Shown here piece by piece: positions 1 through 10,242 of a stretch of 56,776 bases of DNA. Position 1 is the first letter of the stretch; the number at the start of each line of letters is the position of its first letter. The translations under genes were made by a program, and so were the position numbers. The stretch lies in sequence record NC_027378.1; one strand, given 5' to 3'. The notes beneath the pieces are model-generated. The model saw only the letters and a list, made by a program, of their open reading frames with translations. It ran no database searches and was not told where the DNA came from. Origin of the DNA: Escherichia phage Seurat.

Positions 1-1
1 T

Positions 2-163
2 AAATATCCTTTGGTTTATACAAGGGACATTATCCAACGTTTGCAGGATACAGAAACAGCTCTGACTGAATGTAAACTGAGGGTTAAGGAAATCATACGC
101 TATGAAGCTGAAAATGTTTCGCTTGATTTTGTAGGATCAAGCAATTATATTCAGCCTAAATAG
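2..163 (+). CDS. 5'-truncated ORF entering from the window start; candidate C-terminal part of the o-spanin if the genome is circular/permuted
   Basis: Open frame 2-160 with TAG at 161-163; frame is continuous with the ORF starting at 56634 across the junction 56776->1. Confidence 0.3.
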   Translation, partial: KYPLVYTRDIIQRLQDTETALTECKLRVKEIIRYEAENVSLDFVGSSNYIQPK

Positions 164-183
164 CAATAAGAAAGGGGGCTTCC

Positions 184-741
184 ATGAACGGGGCAAGTCA
201 AGAGCAATATGATCGTGACTGGACGAATTACATCCAGTATGCAAATAGCTTGTCCGCTGAAGAGATGGCAATACGTGACAAAGTTGTTGCTGAGTACATG
301 TTCGACTACAATTGGACTAACGCTTGCATGAGATGCGGGTTCAATGCTATGTTTGCACAGGAGCTTGGCCAACGCTTTGCCACGGACTGTTATGTTCGAT
401 GGAAGCTCAAGGAGATTGAAAGATCCCGTGTTCAACGTACTTCTGAGCAAGCTAACATTGAAGCAGACCTTGAGCGTCAGCATATCATTGAAGCATTAAA
501 ACGTGAAGCTCATTATACAGGACCGGGATCTTCTCAAGCTGCTAGAGTCGCCGCATTGGGCAAGCTTGCACAAATTTATGATTTGGATGCTCCCAAGAAG
601 GCTAAGATTGATGTTACTAACAGAGGTGGCGTAATGATAGTCCCTGCTGTAGCAAATATTGACGAATGGGAAAAAACTGCATCCGAGTCTCAACAACGAC
701 TAGTTAAAGAGACTGAAGATGGAGCTAAACCGACAACCTGA
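184..741 (+). CDS. terminase small subunit (putative)
   Basis: 185-aa ORF immediately upstream of and overlapping the large terminase; RBS AAGGGGG before the ATG; call is positional. Confidence 0.45.
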   Translation: MNGASQEQYDRDWTNYIQYANSLSAEEMAIRDKVVAEYMFDYNWTNACMRCGFNAMFAQELGQRFATDCYVRWKLKEIERSRVQRTSEQANIEADLERQHIIEALKREAHYTGPGSSQAARVAALGKLAQIYDLDAPKKAKIDVTNRGGVMIVPAVANIDEWEKTASESQQRLVKETEDGAKPTT

Positions 742-2278
742 TAACATGCCGCGAGTCGTCTGGAAACCACATCCAGGTTCACAGACACTCGCTCTATCCT
801 GCCCCGCTGATATTATCCTATACCACGGAACTCGCGGTCCTGGAAAAACGGACTGCCAGCTTATGCGTTTCCGTAAGAATGTTGGTGTAGGGTACGGTAA
901 ATTTTGGAAGGGTATTATATTCGACCGTGAATATAAAAACCTTGATGACCTTGTAACTAAATCCCAGCGTTGGTTTCCTGAATTTAAAGACGGGGCTAAA
1001 TTCCTTAGTTCTAAGTCTGATTATAAATGGGTTTGGCCTACTGGTGAAGAGCTACTGTTCCGCGTTGCTTGTAAAGAAAAGGATTACTGGTCTTATCACG
1101 GTCACGAATACCCATTTATCGGATGGAACGAATTGACAAAATATCCGGACGGGCGTTTGTTTGAAGCTATGATGTCCTGTAACCGTTCATCTTTCCTACC
1201 AGAAGATAACCCAATTATCAATCCAGATGGTACGGTTACATATTTACCGGATATCCCTCTTGAAGTGTTTGCTACCAGTAACCCGTTCGGTGCGGGGCAT
1301 AACTGGGTTAAGAAACGCTTCATTGACGCTGCACCGATGGGTAAAATACTCAGGAAGACTACGCGAGTGTTTAACCCGAGGACGCAGAAAGACGAAGATG
1401 TGGTTACGACGCAATGCCATATCTTTGGTTCGTACCGTGAAAACAAAAACCTAAGTCCAAAATATATTGCAGAACTTATGTCTATCACAGACCCGAACAA
1501 GCGTGCTGCATGGTTGGGCGGGAGCTGGGATATTACATCCGGTGGTATGTTCGATGATCTGTGGCGTAGCACTGTTCACAAAGTACGACCATTCCCGATT
1601 CCAGCGAGTTGGAAGATTACACGTTCTTTCGACTGGGGTTCTTCAAAACCGTTCTCTGTCGGTTGGTGGGCTATTAGTGATGGTTCGGATGTTGTGCGTG
1701 AAGATGGCACTACATTCTCCACGGTCCGCGGTGACCTGTTTAGGATTAACGAATGGTATGGGACCAACGGTAAAACAAACGAAGGTCTACATTTGCTGGA
1801 CTCAGAAATTGCAAGCGGTATACTGGAGCGGGAATTGGCCTGGGGTATACACGATCGTGTAGTTCCTGGTCCTGCGGATAACTCCATTTGGGATCTGGAG
1901 AACAATAACTCCACCGCTGCAACAATGGCGAAGAAAATTCGTCTTAACGGGAAGTTATACAACGGTATACATTGGAAGCGCAGTGATAAGTCTGCTGGGT
2001 CACGTAAACGAGGCTGGCAGAAAATGCGTGAGTTCCTTAAAGCTGCACTGCGGGAAGATGCGAACGGTAAACCTTTGCCCGGTCCGCGCGAGAATCCGGC
2101 AATGTACATTTTTGATAACTGCAACTATTTCTTTGAGCTGGTTCCAAGTCTACCTCGCGATGAAGTAGATCAGGACGACGTTGATACGGAATGTGAAGAC
2201 CATATGGGTGATGAAGTTCGTTATATGGTTCTGGATCAAGCTGTTTATACAGGTGTTGGCAAAACTATCGGTATTTAA
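719..2278 (+). CDS. terminase large subunit
   Basis: 519 aa; Walker A-like HGTRGPGKTD near the N-terminus; acidic nuclease-like C-terminal half; followed by the portal gene. Confidence 0.8.
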   Translation: MELNRQPDNMPRVVWKPHPGSQTLALSCPADIILYHGTRGPGKTDCQLMRFRKNVGVGYGKFWKGIIFDREYKNLDDLVTKSQRWFPEFKDGAKFLSSKSDYKWVWPTGEELLFRVACKEKDYWSYHGHEYPFIGWNELTKYPDGRLFEAMMSCNRSSFLPEDNPIINPDGTVTYLPDIPLEVFATSNPFGAGHNWVKKRFIDAAPMGKILRKTTRVFNPRTQKDEDVVTTQCHIFGSYRENKNLSPKYIAELMSITDPNKRAAWLGGSWDITSGGMFDDLWRSTVHKVRPFPIPASWKITRSFDWGSSKPFSVGWWAISDGSDVVREDGTTFSTVRGDLFRINEWYGTNGKTNEGLHLLDSEIASGILERELAWGIHDRVVPGPADNSIWDLENNNSTAATMAKKIRLNGKLYNGIHWKRSDKSAGSRKRGWQKMREFLKAALREDANGKPLPGPRENPAMYIFDNCNYFFELVPSLPRDEVDQDDVDTECEDHMGDEVRYMVLDQAVYTGVGKTIGI

Positions 2279-2289
2279 CTGGAGGGTAT

Positions 2290-3786
2290 ATGGGTATTGA
2301 TGCAACTCACCCGCTATACGACAAGTGGAAGAATGCATGGATTAAGTGCAACGACTGCTATGAGGGTGAAGATAAAATTAAGGAAGAAGGTGTTAAATAT
2401 CTACCGCCTTTAGCTTCCATGATTATTGATGGGATGAATAATCCTAATGATTTGGGCTTTCAACGTTGGCTCGCTTATCGTCTGCGTGCTAACTTCCCTG
2501 ACGATTATTCAAGTGCTGTTACAAACAATTTAGGTCTGCTGCACCAGAAGCCGCCTACAATCCAGCTTCCTCCTGAAATGGAGTACATGCGGGATCTGTG
2601 TACTGCGGACGGTGAAGACATTATTGCTCTGCTACGTCGCATCAACGAAATGCAGTTAAAAAATGGGCGTCTGGGCCTGCTACTGGACTTGCCTAAAGGT
2701 GAGGATGTAAATAACAGACCTTATATTAGCGTTTATGACGCTTTATCCATTATCAACTGGGATGATGGTAAAGATGAATTGGGCAATATCAACTTGAACA
2801 TGGTTGTTCTGGATGAAAGTGGTCCTGTACGTGTCAATCAGTTTGACTGGAAAGAAGAGAAGCGTTACCGCGTTCTACAATTAGGTCCAATGGACACAGA
2901 TGAAGTTGCAGGTGGGGCGATCTACTCCCAACATCTGTTTATTAACAATACCAATTATGATGAAGGGCAAATGATTGCTCCTTATTATAAAGGTAACACG
3001 CTGGACGAAATACCTTTCCAGTTTGTCAATACAACAGATATTACCCCAGCACCGGAAGCGCCGCCATTGTTGGGTCTTGCTAACATTTGTCTAAGCATGT
3101 ACCGAAGTGACGCGGATTACCGCCAAAGCTTGCATATGCAGGGTCAGGACACTTTAGTCGTTGTTGGTGGTACTGGGGAGAATGGGGATAAAGCCCCTCA
3201 ACGCATCGGCCCTGGCGCTGTCATTAACGTTGCTATTGGTGGTGACGCTAAATATGTAGGTGTTAGCGGTGACGGTTTGTCCGAGCAACGTCTCGCACTG
3301 GCAGCGGATAAGCAGGAAGCCCAAATTAAAGCCGGGCAAATGGTAAACAATACCAAGAGTACGCAGGAATCGGGCGAAGCCATGAAAACGCGTATTGCTG
3401 CGCGTACAGCTAGTCTGATTCGAATTGCGTATACTGGTGCGGCTGGTCTGGAAAACTTGCTGAAGGTTTGCGCTAAGTGGATGGGCGCTGATCCCGAGAA
3501 AGTTGTGGTTAAGCCTAATCTTGAATTCACCAAGAGCATGTTTAACGGTCAGGACTTTGTTCAAATTATTACTGCACGCAACCTTAAGGCTCCGATTAGC
3601 TTGCAGTCTATTCATGGTTGGCTTGTTGATCAGGGCTTAACCACACTAAGCTTTGAAGAAGAAATGGCAATTCTTGAAGAAGAGCTTAAGAAGTGGCCTT
3701 TGCCCGATGATGCTAAAGCTGATTTAAACGCAGAGCAGCAAGTAAGCAAAGATCCTAAGGAAGACGACGCTTCCGATAAAGAATAG
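2290..3786 (+). CDS. portal protein (putative)
   Basis: 498 aa directly after terminase; RBS GGAGGG; acidic C-terminus; size and position typical of portal. Confidence 0.65.
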   Translation: MGIDATHPLYDKWKNAWIKCNDCYEGEDKIKEEGVKYLPPLASMIIDGMNNPNDLGFQRWLAYRLRANFPDDYSSAVTNNLGLLHQKPPTIQLPPEMEYMRDLCTADGEDIIALLRRINEMQLKNGRLGLLLDLPKGEDVNNRPYISVYDALSIINWDDGKDELGNINLNMVVLDESGPVRVNQFDWKEEKRYRVLQLGPMDTDEVAGGAIYSQHLFINNTNYDEGQMIAPYYKGNTLDEIPFQFVNTTDITPAPEAPPLLGLANICLSMYRSDADYRQSLHMQGQDTLVVVGGTGENGDKAPQRIGPGAVINVAIGGDAKYVGVSGDGLSEQRLALAADKQEAQIKAGQMVNNTKSTQESGEAMKTRIAARTASLIRIAYTGAAGLENLLKVCAKWMGADPEKVVVKPNLEFTKSMFNGQDFVQIITARNLKAPISLQSIHGWLVDQGLTTLSFEEEMAILEEELKKWPLPDDAKADLNAEQQVSKDPKEDDASDKE

Positions 3787-3881
3787 TTGCAACTTCCAAG
3801 TTGATTGGTTTATATTAACGAACACGGGGCTGGGACGGCTCAGCCCCAAAAACGTCACACGGGTGACAACGGAGATAAGAA

Positions 3882-4754
3882 ATGAAAAAGAGTTCTGTAG
3901 CTATTAGTGTTGGTATGGCTTTAATTAATCCACGCGCTCGCGGTGAAGGTGATGTGGAACTGGAATACGAATATGCATCTGCGGAAGAGATCCCGGCAGA
4001 GTTTGCAACTCTTTACGCAGAGCAGGGCGGTAAATACGTTCTTGCAAAAGTTAAAGGTGTAGCCCCTGCTGATAGCGTTCGTCGTCTGGAAAGTGCATTG
4101 GCAAAAGAACGTAACGACCATCGTCAGGTGAAGCAACAGATTAGCGCACTTGGGCGTCCGGTTGAAGAAGTCCTTGCGGACCTTGATCGTATCCCTCAAC
4201 TAGAAGCTGCCGCTAACGGTAAAGGTACTCCAGAAGACATCGAAAAGATGGTTAAAGCCCGTCTTGCTCCGCTTGAGCGTCAATTGCAAACTGTAGCAGC
4301 TGAACGCGATTCCGTTAAGCAGGAAATTGAAGGCTACCGCACTCGCGAAACTAAAGCGAAGATTAAAGACGCAGTTATTGCTGCTGCATCCGGCGCTAAG
4401 CTGCGTCCGTCTGCTATCGAAGATGCGGTGACTTATGCACAGTTGCAAATGACCGTCGACGAGAACGGCAATGTGGTTACGAAAGATGGGGCGGGTGTAA
4501 CTCCATACCTAACCCCGGCGGATTGGCTTAACGAGATTCTCCCGAAACGTCCTCACTGGGTTGAGGGTTCTGCTGGTGGCGGTGCATCTGGTCCGGGCGC
4601 TGGCGGTCATCACGGTGAAGACCCATACAGTCACGACGGTTGGAACATCTCTAAGCAGATGAATCTCTGGAAAACTAATCAATCTTTAGCTAAACGCTTA
4701 GCTGAAAAGAATGGCGTAGATCCGCTGAAGCCTGTACGTCCTGCTAAGAAATAA
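3882..4754 (+). CDS. scaffolding protein (putative)
   Basis: 290 aa, charged helical coiled-coil-like sequence between portal and capsid genes. Confidence 0.5.
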   Translation: MKKSSVAISVGMALINPRARGEGDVELEYEYASAEEIPAEFATLYAEQGGKYVLAKVKGVAPADSVRRLESALAKERNDHRQVKQQISALGRPVEEVLADLDRIPQLEAAANGKGTPEDIEKMVKARLAPLERQLQTVAAERDSVKQEIEGYRTRETKAKIKDAVIAAASGAKLRPSAIEDAVTYAQLQMTVDENGNVVTKDGAGVTPYLTPADWLNEILPKRPHWVEGSAGGGASGPGAGGHHGEDPYSHDGWNISKQMNLWKTNQSLAKRLAEKNGVDPLKPVRPAKK

Positions 4755-4876
4755 GTTGACATCCCGACGTCCCTGATGTTAAGTTTCAACACATCAGGGA
4801 CACGGGTTCCTAAACAGCCTTCCACGGGGAAAGGCTACCAACAGTAAACAAATCAATCCTTTTCCTGGAGACAAGT

Positions 4877-5938
4877 ATGTCTAAATCTAAAATTATTCTG
4901 CCATTTGGTCGTGGTGAAACTGACCTGACTCGTTTGACGGATGTCATTGTCCCTGAGATCTTCACTGGTTATGTGCAGACGCAGACCGCTGAACTTTCTG
5001 CCCTGATCCAATCCGGTGCGGTTGTGATGGACGAGCGTTTATCAGCTAACCTTGCTGGTGCAGGTCTGACTTTTAACGAGCCGTTCTATAACGACCTGAA
5101 AGATGAAGACGAAGATATCGCGGTTGATAAAGGTAATCCGTCAAAACCGTCTAATATCACTACCGGATCTGAAGTTCAGGTTCGTATGAGTCGTTCAAAA
5201 TCCTGGGGTTCTGCGGATCTGGTATCAGCTTTGATCGGTAACGACCCAATGACCGCTATCGGTAATCGCGTGTCTGCGTGGTGGGTTCGCCGTCTGCAAG
5301 CTGCATACATCGCAACCTGGAAAGGTGTATTTGCTAATGCGAAGAAATCTCATAACGACGATTTGACTTTCGACATTTCTGGCGAGTCCTTTACGAATAA
5401 CCAGACCAACTTTACCGCGTCTAACTTCATCAACGCAACTGCAACGATGGGTGATGCTGCTCGCGGTCTGACCATGATTATGGTACACTCTACCGTTCGT
5501 AACCGTATGCGTCAGTTGAACCTGATCGACTTCATTCCGGATGCTCGCGGTGAAACTCAGTTTGAGTATTATCAGGGTCTGCGTATTATTGAAGACGACT
5601 CCATGCCGCACGATCCGTCTACTGGTGTGTTTGAAAGCTGGCTGTTCGGCCCGGGCGCGACTGCAATGGGTGCTGGATCACCGAAAGTTCCGACCGCTGT
5701 GGTGCGTGACGAAGCCGCTAACCAAGGCGCTGGTGAAGAAGTTCTTCACAACCGTGTTGAATGGATTCTGCATCCGGTTGGCCATGCTTGGGCTGCTGCT
5801 CAAACTGCTAAAGGTGGTCCGTCTAACGCTGCTACCACTAACAACCTGGCCCATGAAGATTCCTGGCGTCGTGCGTTCCCTGAGCGCAAGCAGCTTAAAG
5901 TTGCACGCCTGATTACTCGTGAGTATCAGGGTTCCTAA
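4877..5938 (+). CDS. major capsid protein (putative)
   Basis: 353 aa, position after scaffold, followed by a strong intrinsic terminator. Confidence 0.65.
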   Translation: MSKSKIILPFGRGETDLTRLTDVIVPEIFTGYVQTQTAELSALIQSGAVVMDERLSANLAGAGLTFNEPFYNDLKDEDEDIAVDKGNPSKPSNITTGSEVQVRMSRSKSWGSADLVSALIGNDPMTAIGNRVSAWWVRRLQAAYIATWKGVFANAKKSHNDDLTFDISGESFTNNQTNFTASNFINATATMGDAARGLTMIMVHSTVRNRMRQLNLIDFIPDARGETQFEYYQGLRIIEDDSMPHDPSTGVFESWLFGPGATAMGAGSPKVPTAVVRDEAANQGAGEEVLHNRVEWILHPVGHAWAAAQTAKGGPSNAATTNNLAHEDSWRRAFPERKQLKVARLITREYQGS

Positions 5939-5969
5939 GGCTTCACTCAACGCCGCGCTGTAGTATTTT

Positions 5970-5996
5970 GGGGACATCTTATGTCCCCTCTTTTTT
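5970..5996 (+). terminator. rho-independent terminator after the capsid gene
   Basis: GGGGACAT-ctt-ATGTCCCC hairpin followed by TCTTTTTT. Confidence 0.7.
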
Positions 5997-6008
5997 AGGA
6001 GAACAACC

Positions 6009-6332
6009 ATGCGTTATCAACGTTATGAGCGACATGACTTGATGGAAAAATCGTTGCAGGTGGAGCCAATTTCGATTACTCTCGATCCTGCTACGATTGA
6101 CACCACAACTTCAGAAGTAAAAACGGTTACTGTTAAAATAAACTTTGTCCCAGGCGGAACTACAAACAAAGCGTATAGCGCGTCAGTTGACGGTTCCTCT
6201 GCTACAATTAAAGACAACGGGGACGGTACAATTACTGTGACCACAACCGAAAGCAGTGGTACTTCAAACTTGACAGTAACGTCCAAGGCAAAGGATAGTG
6301 TTACTGGTACATGTGTTATTAATGTGACCTAA
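6009..6332 (+). CDS. Ig-like (Big_2-type) domain protein, candidate head decoration protein
   Basis: Thr/Ser/Val-rich beta-strand pattern (TVTVKINF...TITVTTTE...LTVTSKAKD...TCVINVT); RBS AGGAGAA. Confidence 0.55.
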   Translation: MRYQRYERHDLMEKSLQVEPISITLDPATIDTTTSEVKTVTVKINFVPGGTTNKAYSASVDGSSATIKDNGDGTITVTTTESSGTSNLTVTSKAKDSVTGTCVINVT

Positions 6333-6348
6333 AAATAAGGATTAAACA

Positions 6349-7002
6349 ATGAAGACATTAATTGAAGCATTGTTAGAACTTGATCCGGATAACCCGAATC
6401 ATTGGACTAGCGACGGTCTACCTAAAGTTGACGCTCTGCGTTTCGCTACCGCTAACCCGTCTTTAACTCGCGACGATATTACAACTGCTGCTCCGCTGTT
6501 TACCCGCGATAACCGCGTGCTGGAAGAGCCCGAGTCAGTGGAACCTGTTAAATCTGCTGACCCAGTTTTACATGAAGCAGTTAAACAGGAGAAAGCTCAT
6601 GAAGAACAAAAGAAAGTCGCGGTTGCAACGATGCAAATCGAAGTTAAGATTAGCGAAGCACTGCGTGCTCTTCTGGAGCCGGAAAAAATCGGTGACACTT
6701 CCAGCCTAAGCGATGAAGAGCTGAAAGCGAAGAGCGAAAAGCTTAGCAATGTGGTCAAAGAGATTGCTGACACTAAGCACGCGCTGGAGCTTGCTATTGC
6801 CGACGTTCAAGCGGATCTGGATAAGATTATCGTTGAGCAGGAAAGTCGTCGTCCTAAGTCCGGTCTTACTGCAACTCAGATGTATCTTGAGGCGCAGAAA
6901 AAACGTAAACCGGAAGACATGCTTTCTGACCATCGCTTCCAGAACCCTATTGACGATCCGGTCGCCCGTATGGTTGCACGTAATATGATGCGTCGAGGTT
7001 AA
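6349..7002 (+). CDS. hypothetical protein in the head/neck module
   Basis: 217 aa, charged helical; positional only. Confidence 0.4.
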   Translation: MKTLIEALLELDPDNPNHWTSDGLPKVDALRFATANPSLTRDDITTAAPLFTRDNRVLEEPESVEPVKSADPVLHEAVKQEKAHEEQKKVAVATMQIEVKISEALRALLEPEKIGDTSSLSDEELKAKSEKLSNVVKEIADTKHALELAIADVQADLDKIIVEQESRRPKSGLTATQMYLEAQKKRKPEDMLSDHRFQNPIDDPVARMVARNMMRRG

Positions 7003-7056
7003 TTATGGAAATGAGCCATAGACAATATGTGTTGTGGCTCCTCCGACGTAATAGAA

Positions 7057-7085
7057 AACGGCGTCAAGAAGACGCCGTTTCTGTT
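7057..7085 (+). terminator. hairpin, terminator-like
   Basis: AACGGCGTC-aagaa-GACGCCGTT followed by a T-containing tract. Confidence 0.35.
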
Positions 7086-7140
7086 CCTGAAGAAGAGCTC
7101 CAGCCACTTATCCCTACAACCATCGCAATGAGGAAGAAAG

Positions 7141-7647
7141 ATGGAGATTCCACTAATAGTTGAAGATGGTACTGGTGTACCGGATGCCAATAGCTATATT
7201 ACAATTGAACAAGCTCGAACGTATGCAGCAATGCGAGGTATTGTTCTTCCAAGTGATGATGAAGATTTAAAGACAAAGATCTTCGACGCTATGGATTTTG
7301 TGGAAGGATACGGTCAACGGTTTAAGGGTTACAAAATGGACCCACAGCAACCGCTAAATTGGCCACGCTACGGGGTGTTTGTGGATGGGTTCGAGCTACC
7401 CCAAAGCCCTTTGCCAAAGGCGCTTATAAACGCGGTTTGCCAGCTTACAGCGGACTCTGCATCTGGCGGTCCTCTTAACGGTAAAACTACAGCATATGCA
7501 GTCAAAAGAACTAAAGTGGAAGGGCTTGAGATTGAATATGCAACTGGTAGTACCGCGCAATCCGGACCAGCAAAGACTTACGATAAAGCAATGACGTTTT
7601 TATCACCTTTGCTGGGTTATCAAATGGGTAACAGATTAATACGGTGA
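7141..7647 (+). CDS. head-tail connector/adaptor protein (putative)
   Basis: 168 aa; position between head and tail genes. Confidence 0.4.
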   Translation: MEIPLIVEDGTGVPDANSYITIEQARTYAAMRGIVLPSDDEDLKTKIFDAMDFVEGYGQRFKGYKMDPQQPLNWPRYGVFVDGFELPQSPLPKALINAVCQLTADSASGGPLNGKTTAYAVKRTKVEGLEIEYATGSTAQSGPAKTYDKAMTFLSPLLGYQMGNRLIR

Positions 7648-7650
7648 TTT

Positions 7651-8031
7651 ATGAGCTTTCCTTATGAGCAGTTAGTTGAAGCTGCAAAGCAAATGATCAA
7701 CGACGCTGGCGTGAACTGTACCCTTGTGGTTATGGAAAAAGGAGAAGGTCAAGATGAGTGGGACGATCCTAGTGTTGAAAAACGCTACCCATTTATCGGA
7801 GCTTTTCTTTCTCCGAAGGAAAAAATGATCGGTGGGAGCCTTGTTGCTACTGGCGAATTGAAAGTCTTAACCTATCCAATGACACCTCCGTTGACTCGCG
7901 ATAAGGCAATGACTGCACGCATTGAGCGCATGTCTCCGGATGGTGAGTTGGAAGTATGGACAATTAACGAGTTCGTCGATACAAGACCTGCTAATGTTTC
8001 TGTTCTTTATACTTTCAAGGTGACGCGATAA
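7651..8031 (+). CDS. head closure/neck protein (putative)
   Basis: 126 aa; tightly packed with neighbours (stop and next start overlap). Confidence 0.4.
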   Translation: MSFPYEQLVEAAKQMINDAGVNCTLVVMEKGEGQDEWDDPSVEKRYPFIGAFLSPKEKMIGGSLVATGELKVLTYPMTPPLTRDKAMTARIERMSPDGELEVWTINEFVDTRPANVSVLYTFKVTR

Positions 8032-8438
8032 TGGGATTCGGGGCGGATATACGGCGTGCAAGTCAAAAGGTACTTGTTCAGACAAGCGAGCAGGCCAAAA
8101 AAGTCGTTGTCAAGTTCACAGAGAACGTGATACAGGATACTCCTGTTAAGACCGGACGCACAAAAGGTGGTTGGCGGTCATCCATTGGTGCGCCGTATGC
8201 AACGGAAACTATCCGCCTCGATCCTACTGGAGAGATGGCTAAAGCTGAAGCCCGAGTTGTTGCACGCCAACTACCTAATGATAAAGACTGGACTTTCTAT
8301 TTTAGCAACCTGACACCATATGCTGGCAAACTGGAGTTCTTAGGTTGGTCACAGCAAGCCCCGAACGGTATGGTTCGTATTAACGTAGCGAAGCTTCCAA
8401 TGTTGATACGTCAAGCTATAGCAGAAGGAAAACTATAA
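8031..8438 (+). CDS. neck/tail completion protein (putative)
   Basis: 135 aa; ATG overlaps the preceding stop (TAATG). Confidence 0.4.
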   Translation: MGFGADIRRASQKVLVQTSEQAKKVVVKFTENVIQDTPVKTGRTKGGWRSSIGAPYATETIRLDPTGEMAKAEARVVARQLPNDKDWTFYFSNLTPYAGKLEFLGWSQQAPNGMVRINVAKLPMLIRQAIAEGKL

Positions 8439-8887
8439 TGCTTGGATACGATTTCATTAATGATGCATTTAATAAGATGCTACGCGAAGCAGTTGGACCG
8501 GATATTGGTATAGCGTGGAAGAATAAGAAGTTTACACCTAAAGCTAACCAGATGTGGTTAAAGGCAATCAATGCTCCCGCTTCCACTTACGCTGCAACGC
8601 TAGGTGATAACGGTCTGAATGAAATCCCAGGCTTCTACCAAATCACAGTATATAGTCCTTTAAACACTGGAACGTCTAAGCAGAATCAAATCTTGGATTC
8701 TATTCGGAAAAAGTTTAAACTGGGCTTGCGTATCCCGTGCCCGGATGACCACACGTTACGGATTGTCAGTTTAGACTTTTCGCAAGGTGGACAAACTTCG
8801 CTGAACGATTTTACCAAAGGCGGGGTTGAAGATAACTGGGACGTTAACTTTATCACAATCTATTGGTCGGCTCGTGAGCCGAGGTAA
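8438..8887 (+). CDS. tail terminator/completion protein (putative)
   Basis: 149 aa; precedes the major tail protein. Confidence 0.4.
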   Translation: MLGYDFINDAFNKMLREAVGPDIGIAWKNKKFTPKANQMWLKAINAPASTYAATLGDNGLNEIPGFYQITVYSPLNTGTSKQNQILDSIRKKFKLGLRIPCPDDHTLRIVSLDFSQGGQTSLNDFTKGGVEDNWDVNFITIYWSAREPR

Positions 8888-8901
8888 GAGAGGATCTAAA
8901 T

Positions 8902-9825
8902 ATGGCTACAGGTTCACGTTATTCGTGTTACTACGTCAAAGAAGATGTAAGCAACACAACTCCAGCGAACGCAAAGTTTACCCCGTTTCGTGTAACGAGT
9001 TCCGGTCTGGATATTAACATCGCGACGCTGGAGTCTGAAGAGCTGCGCGATGACGCAGAAACCGCAGACTTCCGTCTTGGCGCTCGAAGCGTTGAAGGTA
9101 CGGTAACAGGCGAAATGTCCTTCGGTACATTTGACGACCTCATTGCGGCAGCACTGCGCGGTGAATGGCAAGACAACGTCCTTAAAGGCGGTATTGTCCG
9201 TCAGTCATTTACTTTTGTAGACTATAACGCAGATCTGCCGTCAGGTAAATATACAATCTATCGTGGTTGTGAAGTTAATAGCATGACTTTCTCATTGTCT
9301 GCTGAAAACATGACAACAGTAGAGTTCGGTATTGTTGGTCGCTCGATGGAAATTGCGGAATCGCTCCCATCTGGTGCAACTATCAACGCGCGTACAACTA
9401 CTTCTCCGATGGACGGCTTCTCTGGTCGCTTGCTGGAAAACGACGAAGAGATCAGCGTTATTACGGAAATCGGTCTTACCGTTGAAAACGATATCGCTCC
9501 GCGCTTCGTTGTTGGCTCAAAGTTCTCCATTGAACCGTCTGCTGGTCGCCGTGCTGTAACTGGTACAGCTAACGTTTACTTCCTGGATAACAAGCTGCGT
9601 ATGAAGTATCTGGATGAAGTGGAAACTTCAATCAAGTTTGATCTGATTGACCCAAGCAATCCGGAACAAAAATACACTGTGGAAATCCCTCGCGTGAAAT
9701 TCACTGAAGCTCCACGTCCTATTGACGGTGAAGGGGATATCATGCTTAATATGGGCTACCGCGGATTGCTGGACCCAACAACCGCAAGTTCCATCAAAAT
9801 TACCCGCGTTTTAGCGGCAGAATAA
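8902..9825 (+). CDS. major tail (tube) protein (putative)
   Basis: 307 aa; immediately upstream of the G/GT chaperone and tape measure genes. Confidence 0.6.
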   Translation: MATGSRYSCYYVKEDVSNTTPANAKFTPFRVTSSGLDINIATLESEELRDDAETADFRLGARSVEGTVTGEMSFGTFDDLIAAALRGEWQDNVLKGGIVRQSFTFVDYNADLPSGKYTIYRGCEVNSMTFSLSAENMTTVEFGIVGRSMEIAESLPSGATINARTTTSPMDGFSGRLLENDEEISVITEIGLTVENDIAPRFVVGSKFSIEPSAGRRAVTGTANVYFLDNKLRMKYLDEVETSIKFDLIDPSNPEQKYTVEIPRVKFTEAPRPIDGEGDIMLNMGYRGLLDPTTASSIKITRVLAAE

Positions 9826-9834
9826 GGATAAGAG

Positions 9835-10242
9835 ATGACCGACACCAAAAAAGCCAAAGTTGCAGTAGCTAAAAGCTTTCGTGATTTTAAAACTGTGAGC
9901 CGGGCAAACGACCCGGCAAACACTAAGCCTATGAATGTGGTTATTCCTGGTGTAGGCGACACTGGCGAAAAACTCTACATTCGTAGCCGCTACTGCACTG
10001 AGTACCGTGAAGCTGAACTGAAAGCACAACGTCAATTGTTGGCACTTATGCAGGGTAAAGACGGGGAAGTAACGGATGCTATGAAGGAAGACATCCTTAC
10101 CCGTTCACTGTGTAACCTTGTAGCAGGTTGGACCTTTGATGAGCCGCCGACAGTTGACAACGTGTTTGAGTTCTTAACGGAGAACCCAACTGTTCGAGAA
10201 GACCTTAACGTATTTGCCGCTAAAGATAGTAATTTTTTCTAA
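9835..10242 (+). CDS. tail assembly chaperone G
   Basis: 135 aa between major tail and tape measure; ends ...AAT TTT TTC TAA with a slippery heptamer. Confidence 0.65.
   Translation: MTDTKKAKVAVAKSFRDFKTVSRANDPANTKPMNVVIPGVGDTGEKLYIRSRYCTEYREAELKAQRQLLALMQGKDGEVTDAMKEDILTRSLCNLVAGWTFDEPPTVDNVFEFLTENPTVREDLNVFAAKDSNFF

Noticed and set aside
1102-2124. Minus-strand ORFs inside the large terminase gene (1102-1572, 1576-2124)
   Set aside because: Fully overlapped by the terminase on the opposite strand; no RBS and unlikely compositions.
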